Source of the DNA: Diadema antillarum
Lineage: Eukaryota
Reading direction: 5' to 3'
NCBI RefSeq assembly: GCF_040938485.1
Contig: NW_027271579.1
Span: 496,001 to 560,000 of the forward strand
Length of the DNA stretch: 64,000 nucleotides
The position numbers and the translations under genes are program-made. The notes under the pieces are model-generated. The model was not told the DNA's origin. It saw nothing but the letters and a program-made list of their open reading frames with translations, and made no database searches. Below, in pieces: positions 53,728 to 64,000 of this stretch (position 1 is the first letter of the stretch; every line of letters starts with the position of its first letter).

Positions 53728-54253
53728 GTAAGCACAAACTCTGCAAAATTGACATAGACATTAAAAAACAAACAAACAAAGGAACAAAACAAAACAAAAA
53801 ATAAACAAAAAAACCTTACACCATGAAACAAATCATGTCACTGAATAGTGAAAATCCTTAGCTACTTTTTCCCTTTACCCATTAGGAGGAGTCTGCACTT
53901 TTGTTCTTTATGTGAAACAGAAATATGGTGCCATACAAGTGCTCATTGTTGTCATTTAAACACATCAGCTAGCATTTCTTCATTAGCATGAATGTCTTGA
54001 AACTGACTTGCAGTACTTATGAAATGGCATACAAAGAATATGTCAATCATCTAAATACCTTTTACTGAGTGTTCCTTTCAGAGTTTGTGAAATCAAATCT
54101 AATTATGGATGTTTCTGGTGTTTGTTTATTATCTGTGTTACAATGTGACAGTTAATAGTTTGGCAAATTGCAATGTACGTGAAATAATTGTAAAGGGCAT
54201 GTGCACATAAACAGTTAGTATAATCATGGACCTACCACACATATGGACATTCA

Positions 54254-54298
<45 letters not shown>

Positions 54299-54621
54299 GT
54301 ACATTGTCCCTTTGTAAATTCAGGGACGTTACATGCGTGGCCACAAGTGTCCGCTTCTATTTACCAATTTTGTGATGCAAAGCTTGTCCTTGTTTGAGGT
54401 TTGCTGCTCCCCATCATTGGTGTTTTATTCAAAGGCAGTTGAGTTTGAAAAGGCACCTCGGCCAAATAGGACCGACATGAGGGAAACAGTTCTTTTATCA
54501 GTGACGATGCACTATTACACAATCGTCATTGTCCACACGTCTGAATGTACTCATTAAGATGCACATTATCAGGTGGGCGGTAGTGATGATGGGATCAAAG
54601 AAAGATCTCCGTTCATAGTCC

Positions 54622-54911
54622 CAGAGACTCCAACCCAAAGCACCTTCTGATCTGAGATTCTCCCGCCTGAAACCCCTAGCAAACGGAGACTCCAAGTTGA
54701 CGTGAGTGCGAAAGCGCGAAGTTTCCTAGGGTTCTAGATGCTCTCTGGTGCTATTTAAGGCTTATTTTTTTCAACATACAATAGCAATAAGTAAGAAATC
54801 CTTTCCAACGGGAGACACAGAGCCAGGGCGGGAAAAATTAGATCTCAAGCGGAGAGAACGGGAGATTTTGCAAAATTGGGTTTTCGGCGGGAGATGGAGT
54901 TGGAGTCTCTG
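54622..54911. mobile_element. MITE with CAGAGACTCCAAC TIRs and 6-bp TSD (copy 2, inverted relative to 12366), in CNEP1R1 intron 2
   Basis: TAGTCC on both flanks (54616-21, 54912-17). Colinear reverse complement of 12366-12668. Confidence 0.85.
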
Positions 54912-55422
54912 TAGTCCATGCATGTGGTACGTCCATGGTATAATAATCAAGTCTTAGGATTAAAGACCTTGTACATGTGTACTGGAACTAACCAGGCCCC
55001 TGAATCTTAACTGCCATGTTACTGGGAAGGTCACGCTATTTCATTATTCGGAAGGTACATTTTTAAAGGTTTTTTTTTTCTCGAGTGATGTGAATTTACA
55101 AAGGGACAATGTATATTGTGTGTGTGTGTGTGTGTGTGTGTGTTTGTGTGTGTAATGATAACTTTGCCACTGAGAGAATGAGTTCTGCTTAATTTCTCCA
55201 CATTCTTGACATTAAGTCTAGGTTGCCATGAAACTTGCAATCATGATGAATGGCAGCTTAGTTTACTAAATGAGAATAAATGTGATGTACAAAGGAGATG
55301 TCTCCCATATAAGTATTTGTTTGATTTTGAATAGACTAAATTGTACATGATAATGAACTTGCCAAATGATACAGATTTACTGTCATGTATTCTTTAAAAA
55401 AAAAATGTTTTTGTCTCCCTAG

Positions 55423-55496
55423 TTGTTCTTTTTCTGGTGGCAATCTGTACTATCTATGGCGCATGCTACTGGCTCCTGGATGAAGAGACCTCAAAG
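55423..55496 (+). CDS. CNEP1R1: CNEP1R1 exon 3
   Basis: ctccctag| phase 1, encodes VLFLVAICTIYGACYWLLDEETSK (human [24 protein letters not shown]), donor |GTGAGG. Length 74 nt. Confidence 0.88.
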
Positions 55497-55813
55497 GTGA
55501 GGGGAGTGTCCTTGAACATTTCTAGGAATGTTCCTCAGTGTTACTGGAATATTGTCCCTATTCTGCTGTAAGACATACTGTAGTGTATATATATATGGTT
55601 TTTGTTTTGTTTTGTTTTGTTTTTTTTTGTAAGAAGTGGCAAATAACAGTATTTGTAATTCAGTGGTTATCAGATTAAAGACACTCAGTCGTGGCGAGTG
55701 GTTTGTGCGGCACGGAGACGAACGCAACACGCTGCCTCCCCCATTCTGTATCAAATGTAGTGACCCCCGAATGAGAATAGCGCTGGCTCAATGGGTCAGC
55801 GAAAATCGTATCC

Positions 55814-56431
55814 GGGCACTTACCCCCTGGGCAACTACCCTCTGGATAACTTCCACCCGGATAATTACCCCCCAGGTCTATTCCCCCTTAGGGCAACTAC
55901 CCCCCGGACAATTACCCTCCTAGGGTATTCACCCTCCAGGGCCATTACCCCCTAGGACAACTACCACCCGGTCACCTACCCTCCTAGGGCAACTACCCCA
56001 AGGGCAATTACCCCTAGGACATCTACCCCCTGGATAACTACCCCCTGGGTAACTACCCCCTGGATGACTACCCTCCGGATAACTACCCCCCAGATAACTA
56101 CCACCCGGATAACTACCCCCTGGATAACTACCCCCCGGAGAACTACCCCCTGGGTAACTACCCCCCGGATAACTACCCCAGGATAACTACCACCCGGATA
56201 ACTACCCCCCGGATAACTACCCCCCGGATAACTACCCCCAGGATAACTACCCCCAGGATAACTACCCCCCGGAGACTACCCCCTGGGTACTACCCCCCGG
56301 ATAACTACTCCCAGGATAACTACCACCCGGATTACTACCCCCCCCCCCCCCATAACCATACCTCGAACCGCCCCTCCTGATACTTACCTACTGGACAACC
56401 CTCCCTCCCCGCCCCCCGAAAGTTACCACCC
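55814..56431 (+). repeat. GGATAACTACCCCCC-type 14-15-bp minisatellite arm (left)
   Basis: Dozens of tandem variants; most regular at about 56030-56340. Confidence 0.9.
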
Positions 56432-56501
56432 GTTGTAATTTTTCCATAAGTTCATAACACCATATCAGAAGATGCACCTTTCTCTTACACTGTCATCATT
56501 T

Positions 56502-57192
56502 GTGACCCTGCACCTCAAAACAAACAAAAAGTCGCCAGATATGAATTTTTATAGTTAAGACCATATTCTAAAAGAGCAGACCTTAAGCTTTAAAATGATG
56601 TATAACTCAAATCAAATGGACTCTCCTAACCTATCTAAATATTGAAAAGAAAGCACAAACTCAGGAAAAGTGGGAACTGAGAAAAGAGGCTCTGAAGTAC
56701 AGTGTCTATTCAAGCGCTTAATCTTTACCAAACCGTGCTGGCTGTGCGATGAATGGGACAAAAAACAGGAAGTAAACCACCAGATTTACAACAATGAAGG
56801 GATTATCAGATTAAACTGAAATTAAGCATGCCTCATTAACACATTCTGTCCATAATTAATGCCAATTTTCAAAGCAGTAGCACTATCCTTTCAAAAGTTA
56901 TTAGAGTTGAAAGTGAAGAGTGTGGACAAGGTTTTTCAGAAATGAAAAAGGGATTCTAAAGACACGCCTAATCACATTATTCTACCAAAAATGTTTGAGA
57001 TAAACTGCTAAGAAAACACACTTTCCTGCCCATTTTATAATACCAAATTTTAGCATAATGTAAAAGAAGACCCGCTCTTTCAGAAAATATGAAAAAGTCA
57101 AGTTCGGCTAGGTTGACCCATTTCACTTATTTTCAGTCCTCACGCAAAATCAGTGTGTGCGACTTTCTGTTCGTTTTGAGGTGCACGGTCAC
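56502..57192. mobile_element. Non-autonomous TIR element with 4-bp ATTT TSD (Sola1-like by AWWT target)
   Basis: GTGACCCTGCACCTCAAAACAAACAAAAAGTCGC ... GCGACTTTCTGTTCGTTTTGAGGTGCACGGTCAC, with ATTT at 56498-501 and 57193-96. Confidence 0.7.
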
Positions 57193-57340
57193 ATTTACTC
57201 TTTTGGCTTGTCATTTTCTACCGTTATAACACATTAGACGACAAACATAAGAAAAGGAGAGTTGATTTCACTGCAATTCATATTCCCTTAACATTAGAGA
57301 GGGACCCTTCGATATAAAGCCATAATTTCTGATAGGATCC

Positions 57341-57527
57341 GGGCACGGTTTTATGAAAGTTATCAGTCCTGACAAGCTGTCAGTTCCACACAATTACCAA
57401 TCGTTGGAGGTCGATCAAAGCAGGTCCATGGTAACAAGTCAGTGACTCGAGCAGAACCCATGGTTTTATTGAAATTATTAGAGACTAACAAGATGTCATA
57501 ACTGGCAACTTTTATCAAATGGTGCCC
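57341..57527. mobile_element. Degenerate Harbinger-like MITE; a partial relative starts at about 32701
   Basis: GGGCACGGTTTTATGAAAG ... TTTTATCAAATGGTGCCC. The start matches GGGCACCGTTTCATGAAAG at 32701. TSD not clear. Confidence 0.5.
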
Positions 57528-58300
57528 TAATCTGTCATAAGAGTAAAATTACAGCTTGTTTTACATACAAGTAGAATTGTGCTAGTTTTCAAATTAAATG
57601 TTCTCGACACTTTTAGAGGAAATCCAGTTCAAATATAAGTTAGTCTCATTAGAAAGAGTAAAATATTACGAGTTTAACGGTATTTCTTTTTTTTTTTACA
57701 AAACACCCCTAGTTGTTAACAAAGTCTTTTGTCCTGCAACCTCTTTTTGAATAGATCTATAGAGAGTTGTAGTTGACAGAATCCTTTTTACATTATAGGG
57801 CTGCTCTGTTTTATCCCGGCCATTTCAAGAGTATTTTTTTTTTCACGAAAACTTGAATCCTTCTTGGAATAACATGCTCTTTAATATTTCGTAAGGGGTT
57901 TCTAATTATTTCACCCAAAAGATGTTTAAAACCTGAAGTTAGGTCTCGACCAAAACCAGATGATATTTTTTTTTTTTTCAATTCAAATAGCAAACGTTGT
58001 TCGAAAATAACAATGAGAGACATACTTTTCTGGGGGAGAGTTATTGTAAGAGGGGTGATTGTTTGGAGCCTAATTTTAATATGGAGTAATTGTCAAGGGA
58101 GGTAATGCTCTGCGGTGATCATACCAAGGAGGTGACAATCTCTTTCCACATCCTTGATATACTAGTTGATAATGCCCAATAATGCAGTAGGGCAATTCTG
58201 AAATGAGCGTTAACGGTATAACAGTAAAATAGTTACAAAATTGATGAAACAATACAAAGAAAGCACATTAAGACAGAGACGAAGTACACAAATAAAGATA

Positions 58301-59638
58301 CAGTGCACTCCCGTTACAACGAACACGGTTATAACGAAATTTCGTCATAACGAAGCAAAACTTCTGGTCCCAAAATTATCGCCATTAAAGTCTATGGTAC
58401 AAAATGCGCTTATAACGAAGACGGTTATAACAAAATTTTTGTTATCACGAAGTCTTTTCTGAGCGCCACTGACAAAGAAAAACAAAAGAAATGTGCTCCG
58501 TTATAACGAAATGCGGATCGCATTCGAAAATGCATAGCGGAACAAGCATTTTTAAAGCATCTCAGTCTGCATGAGCGAACACATCATTGAATGTTCACTC
58601 CCGTGTATCACGCACAGTTTCCGAGGGGAACTTGCGTTATTGTAATACAATAATCTGAATTCAGATAAGGTTTGTTTCATTGTTCCGAAGTCCTTTAATA
58701 CAAAACACACAGATTCTGATACAACTGAATGTCCGTCAGTTCGGAAATGAAAGAGGGTTTGTTATTAAGCATATTTTGGCGTTATTCCAAAGGTTCGTTA
58801 ATCCGATAATAAAATATAGTCCTTATTCTTATTCTTATACGGTTCGTTAGTCCGAAAATGACAGGAATTCAAAACGTTCGTTCATCGGAACATTACAAAA
58901 AGTATCGTTAATCCATGGTGGAAAAAGGAGAGTATACAGAACAAAACTTAAGAATGGCAATTCTTATAATCGTCTTAAGATAAATAAATCTTCGAAATAA
59001 CAAGCCTTTCTCATTTTTTTTTTCATTAACAAAATTTCTTCGGAATAACGAACCTTATTTCATTTTCGGATGAAAAAGCCTTCGGAACAACCTTTCTCTC
59101 TTTTTTTTTTTATTATAAACCTTCAGAATGACGAACCTCATTTCATTTTCAGATCAACTAACCTTCGGAAAATGAACGATATATTATTTTGATCTAAATT
59201 ATGAACTCTCGGAATAATGATTCTGCGGAAATGCGAACCTTCACATAAACAAACCATCGGAATCCCGGGGATGGCGAAACTTCGGAATAAGGAGCCTTCG
59301 GAGTAACGTACTTTAGTAAGAAAAGAACCTTTGGAATAGCGAACTGTAACCGAATCGTACACCGTCATTTTCTACACATGTGTGACAACACAAACACACA
59401 AACAACTTTATGCTCTTTTAAAATGTAATATTTAAATGAAATTAAAAGGTAATCTCCCATTTCACATAGCTTTCCAGCGTATGATGAGGATTCAACAAAC
59501 ATAAATTTTTATGCGTGGTTTCCTTCTTTTCGTTATACATTGCATATTACATTTGTTCGGTTATAACGAAATTTCGCTAAAACGAAAAAAAAAAAAAACT
59601 GCCGGTCCTGAGCATTTCGTTTTAATGGGAGTGCACTG
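58301..59638. mobile_element. pogo/Tigger-like non-autonomous element with a nested insertion
   Basis: CAGTGCACTCCCGTTACAACGAA ... TTCGTTTTAATGGGAGTGCACTG, left TA and right CA. Repeated GTTATAACGAA motifs. Confidence 0.7.
58780..59341. mobile_element. Nested element with inverted arrays of GTTCGTTATTCCGAA / TTCGGAATAACGAACC motifs
   Basis: Left CGTTATTCCAAAGGTTC and right GAACCTTTGGAATAGCG. Motif orientation flips between the halves. Confidence 0.45.
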
Positions 59639-60321
59639 CACATGAACACATACGAGATAAATCCCTTGTAATGAGAGAAAGAGGAAAGGTGAGTTATGAA
59701 TGACAGGAATAGACTTCCTTCACGGTGGACAGAGAAAAGCGAGAGGGAAGAGAAGATGATGGGTCAAAACCAGGGCACGTGAGGCATGAGATATAAGCTC
59801 CTCAAAATAAAGAAGTGTAACATGGAGTTGTGGTAAACGATAGACGATTGTGGTTAAGAAAATATTGCAAAAAGTTTAACTCATTCTGAAGTGTAACATT
59901 TCTTCAAAATGTCTTTAGTTCAATGGTAAAGGCATTCAAACTTAAAACTTTTTTTTATACTATACTATCAAGAGAAATCCAAAATTTCGGAACAGTAAAA
60001 GAAAATACAGATTTAGCGAAAATAGTTTTGGTTAAAGGCATTGACATTTACTGGATTACCGGGTAGGATATGAAGGGACAGCTTCGTTTTTTATAAACAT
60101 AGAGTCAAAATACAGAGGGAGAAATTAAGCTTGTACATAAATCGTCCTAAATGCAAACGATACGAATCATAAATCCTTAAGATGTTGTTTTCATAAGATG
60201 ATGTATCAGTATGGCATCTCCGTGATTCCTGGCAAATAATACAAGAACTTCGTTTCCTGTAGTATGATATTCTTTTTATTAAAAGTAAGATTGGTGGTGG
60301 GGGTGGGGGCAATCATGACCC

Positions 60322-61039
60322 GGGAGTAGTTACCCAGGGGGTAATTGGCGTGGTGCACTGTCCTGGGGGTAATTTCCTCTTGTTAGTTATAGGGAAGGGG
60401 GAGTTGTAGGCCTATTTATCCGGGGTAATCATCCATGGGAAGTCATCAGAGAGGGTAGTTATCGGGTGGCAGTTATCTGGGGTCTAGTTTTCGGAGGAGG
60501 GGGTAATTAACCTGGGGATAATTATCCTGGTGGTAATTATCTGGAGGGGGGGGGGGTAGTTATCGGGGGGGGGGGGGGTGATTATCCTGGGGGTAATTAT
60601 CCGGGGGGTAATTATCCGAGGGGTAATTATCCGGGGGGTAGTTATCCTGGGGGTAGTTACCCAGGGGGTAGTTCTCCGGGGGGTAGTTATCCAGGGGGTA
60701 GTTCTCCGGGGGGTAGTTACCCTGGGGGTAGTTTTCCGGGGGGTAGTTATCCAGGGGGTAGTTATCCGAGGGGGTAGTTATCCAGGGGTAGTTATCCGAG
60801 GGGTAGTTATCCAGGGGGTTGTTTTCCTAAGGGGGAATTGCCCAAGGGGGTGATTGCCCTAGGAGGGTAGTTGTCCGGGGGGTAGTTGTCCTAGGGGGTA
60901 ATTACCCTGGAGGGTAATTGCCCTTGGAGGGTAGTTGTCCGGGGGGTAGTTGCCCTAGGGGGGAATTGTCCTGGGGGGTAATTATCCGGGTGGTAGTTAT
61001 CCGGAGGGTGGTTTTCCAGGGGGTAGTGTTCCTAGAACC
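60322..61039 (-). repeat. GGGGGGTAGTTATCC-type minisatellite arm (right), inverted copy of 55814-56431
   Basis: Reverse complement of the same unit. The order of unit variants at the outer end matches the left arm. Confidence 0.9.
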
Positions 61040-61179
61040 AAGAAAATACGGTAGGCTACAAGAGAGCTCCCTGTGCTTATCTCCTAACCCAAAATGGCTG
61101 TCCCAGCGAGCCACGAGAGCTTCCGAATGGACGCACACTCTCAGTGCGCATGCACATGAAGAGAGGCCGAAAGAGCCAC

Positions 61180-61254
61180 GCGTCTTCTGGCCTCTCTCCT
61201 CCAATCACTGCAGCTCGCGGTGACAATATTTGTGTATGATGCGTACGTGTACAC

Positions 61255-61296
<42 letters not shown>

Positions 61297-61389
61297 CGCA
61301 GCGTCTTCTGGCCTCTCTCTTCCAATCACCGCAGCTCGCGGTGACAATGTTTGTGTATGATGCGTACACACACACGCACACACACACAC
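61180..61389. repeat. About 121-bp tandem duplication ending in (CA)n
   Basis: GCGTCTTCTGGCCTCTCTC...GCAGCTCGCGGTGACAAT...GATGCGTAC+(CA)n at 61180 and 61301. Confidence 0.85.
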
Positions 61390-61991
61390 TTGTCTCAGTG
61401 GTAGCATTGCGCAATTGCATGGACAAACTTCGGTCGTTCGGAGTTTACGTACCATTAGGGATGGCGATCGGCTGCCTTTAATATTTTGTGAATTTAACCA
61501 GTGGTAATGGCCGGAAGTACGACTGTGGTAGTGTCATTGAACAGTGTTCAATAGGATAAACAGACTTGCAACCAAATGAACTTTCTCCAGAATATGTGAA
61601 TGAATGTCCCTTTTTAGCCTTGTATGTACCTTTTCGTATCACCAATATGATCATTATTTTTAAATTCCCTGAACAATTTGCCCTATGCAATCACAGGCAT
61701 CGTTTCTCTTACAGCTAGGATAGAGAGGGAGAGAGAGTGAAAGAAAAAGGGTAGAACTAAAGCCACCCACATTTGAAATGTGCTCTGCCAGGGAGGTATG
61801 TACCTCCTTGGTTCTACTGATGTCCAAAAACATAAGATTTGAAATGACAATTGTTATTGTGCAGTTATTGCAAATTCAGTTTTTGCTTAAAAATATGCCT
61901 TTAGAGGTCTATTCACAAGAAATATATATTTTTTGTTTCATACAGCTCATACACATATTGATGAATATCTATGTTTTGCCCTATTTCACAG

Positions 61992-62101
61992 GTCTCGTTT
62001 CTTCAGTCACTATGGAACCATCCTTTTTTTGCCACCAGTTGTTCAGCTCTGATTCTCCTCTGTATGGGTGGTATTCACAAAAGAGTTTTTTCACCAGCAG
62101 T
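61992..62101 (+). CDS. CNEP1R1: CNEP1R1 exon 4
   Basis: tttcacag| encodes [36 protein letters not shown](V) (human [37 protein letters not shown]). 110 nt, ends in phase 2. Confidence 0.95.
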
Positions 62102-63343
62102 GTATCCTTTTACCTGTGCGTTTTAAAATCTAATTTGTTACATTTCACTTTCTGTCCTCTTTTTTTTTGTCTCAACAACTGCTGGTACCATTTCAGTCAA
62201 AGGATATTCAATGAATGTATGTCTTGTAAACCATTCAAGGCAACATACTGCATGTAATTCTTTATTCAATTTGTCAATAAAAGCATTGGTACACGTTAAA
62301 AAAGAAGACAGCTACCCCCCGCCCCCCCCCCCCCCCAAATCAAAAATCCAAACAAGAAACGGAACAAAAAGTCTCCAACTCATGTAGCTCAAGAAATACA
62401 GTACATGTATTGTATAATTGCCATTATGCAAGCCAATACATAGCAAATATAGTCATAATATACACAGGGTATCAAGGTGAGGAATGATTGTTGTCTTCCG
62501 AAACAAGATGTCTTGAAGAAAGAATGTCACCCTGGAATATGCAGTCCCGGGACTGTCTGATTGATAGCTTTAAAAGAGCATTACTACCATTCCAGTGATA
62601 GTTAAAAGAATCTTGCATGTGAGACACATAACTATGCAAAGACCACCCTCGTCTCTGCCTTGCTTTGTTCCTATGTAATAGATACGAAAGTGTAATTCCA
62701 CTTCATATTCAAATCAAATCAGTCTGGGATGACAGCGACAAATCAAGCAGGAATGTTAAGGTGTTTTTCCAAACTCAAATATAGAATACTGTAAGCAAGC
62801 TAAATGGAAATTCTGCTTCATATTAAATTATATTTGAATGACAGAGACAGAACAAACAGAAGATGGTAAAGAGTTTCTCCAAACTCAAGCATATAACAGG
62901 CAAGTTGAGGTGACTCTATCAATGCCTAATAAGTCTGCCGTTGACCTGTACTCAGACCTTCAGAAAATTTCCTTTTTTTGAAGTGCAGTCAAAGTATCAT
63001 TTATACATGCGCTTGTATCCTTCATATCCTCGACATACTGTCTTAATCTAATTTGCATGTTTCATTGTAACTGATGTCAGTATTTGACAAGAACTATACT
63101 TTAAACCTCCATAACTTTCTTTCATTGTATGTCCAAGTAGATGAAATCTCTACCATTTGGTTTTACTTCAGTTACTACGGGCAACTGTGAACACAGAATG
63201 GCATACTGGTAATTTTGCCCTTGAACCTGTGGTTTCACTAGGGGTACTAACCCATTGTGACAATGGTATCACCTCCACACACAGTGCATTGCATTTCCTT
63301 GACAGTCAATACTTTTTCTTTTCTTTTCTTTTTTTCATCTCAG
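62102..63343 (+). other. U12-type (minor spliceosome) GT-AG intron, CNEP1R1 intron 4
   Basis: 5' splice site GTATCCTTTT. Branch-site-like TTTCCTTGAC at 63294-63303. Acceptor ctcag at 63339-43. Confidence 0.8.
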
Positions 63344-63398
63344 AATAACAGCAAGGTGCAGGAATGTTCTAGACAATTTTAATATGTCCTGTGATGAT
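63344..63398 (+). CDS. CNEP1R1: CNEP1R1 exon 5
   Basis: Encodes ITARCRNVLDNFNMSCDD (human IAARCRTVLAEYNMSCDD), donor |GTAAGT. Length 55 nt. Confidence 0.95.
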
Positions 63399-63891
63399 GT
63401 AAGTACACTCCATCATTGTATTGTCGGTCTGTCCTAGACTGACCCTGTGCAAGGTGAACTTAACCTCTACTGAGACAAGTTAGCAATCCACATAATGAAT
63501 TGTAAAGGTGTGTTGGTAGAATATTTCATACTGTGTGCTCAATAAAATACTGATAATCAGATAAGTAATGAAAATAAAATGTCATCATTACACTCTTTTA
63601 AGTATATATAAGGTTTCTAAACAAAGTTAGAAGGGTCACTGACTTATTTGTGTACTGATTATTGCTAGTTATTTTCAATAGATCATTTAAACATTGGATT
63701 TTTGTTGATGAGATGAAGAAATGCCCATTCAGACTTCATGCACTGGTATTAGATTTCGAACCATTTGATGAACCATTTAACTGTACTATCCACTCACCTG
63801 TGCAGTATACTGTTAATTGTTCAGCAATTTTTCAAATGCTTGAACATGGCAAATCACCCCGTAAAATCACTTGTTTCATCTTGCCTTCCAG

Positions 63892-64000
63892 ACGGGCAAG
63901 CTTATACTGAAGCCACCTCGGAGTGGACCGACGCAGAACAGGGTGCCTCTGCTACGATGGCCCAACGACTTGGACTCGAGGGTGGCCGATCATACAGCTC
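63892..64000 (+). CDS. CNEP1R1: CNEP1R1 exon 6 (runs off the window)
   Basis: cttgccttccag| encodes TGKLILKPPRSGPTQNRVPLLRWPNDLDSRVADHTA... (human TGKLILKPRPHVQ*). No stop before 64000. Confidence 0.9.

Noticed and set aside
55814-56431. Regular short repeats suggestive of a CRISPR array
   Set aside because: There are no unique spacers, the context is eukaryotic and no cas genes are present; it is a tandem minisatellite.
60578-60853. ORF MIILGVIIRGVIIRG... resembling a repeat or collagen-like protein
   Set aside because: It is simply the translation of the 15-bp minisatellite arm.
61155-61200. ATGAAGAGAGGCCGAAAGAGCC, superficially hammerhead-like
   Set aside because: Lacks the CUGANGA box and a second GAAA; it is just a small hairpin beside a tandem duplication.
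61778-62257. 159-aa ORF in the track
   Set aside because: It overlaps CNEP1R1 exon 4 in a different frame; the rest is intronic low-complexity sequence.

Overview
AT-rich (about 38% GC by eye), intron-rich animal genomic DNA. The repeat landscape suggests a marine invertebrate deuterostome such as a sea urchin; this is an inference. Host genes: (i) two paralogous, intact first coding exons of LAT/y+LAT-type (SLC7 light-chain) amino acid transporters on the minus strand at 11078-11633 and 44474-45050. Both end at the same phase-1 donor, and I found no downstream SLC7 exon anywhere in the window. (ii) A six-exon CNEP1R1/TMEM188 (Spo7-like) gene on the plus strand from 52233 to beyond the window end, missed by the ORF track. 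Its intron 4 has U12 (minor spliceosome) signals and its exon 2 is out of frame as assembled. Mobile DNA: an intact 3.5-kb single-ORF CR1/L2-group LINE (2A-like DVELNPGP motif, PHD finger, APE endonuclease, RT); a frameshifted THAP first exon; non-autonomous DNA elements with TA, 3-, 4-, 6- and 9-bp target-site duplications; Helentron-like elements; a SINE head; a 227-bp palindrome carrying hammerhead-core-like motifs; and two inverted 14-15-bp minisatellite arms inside a CNEP1R1 intron. There is one assembly gap at 40262-40389. Most short ORFs in the supplied track are spurious.
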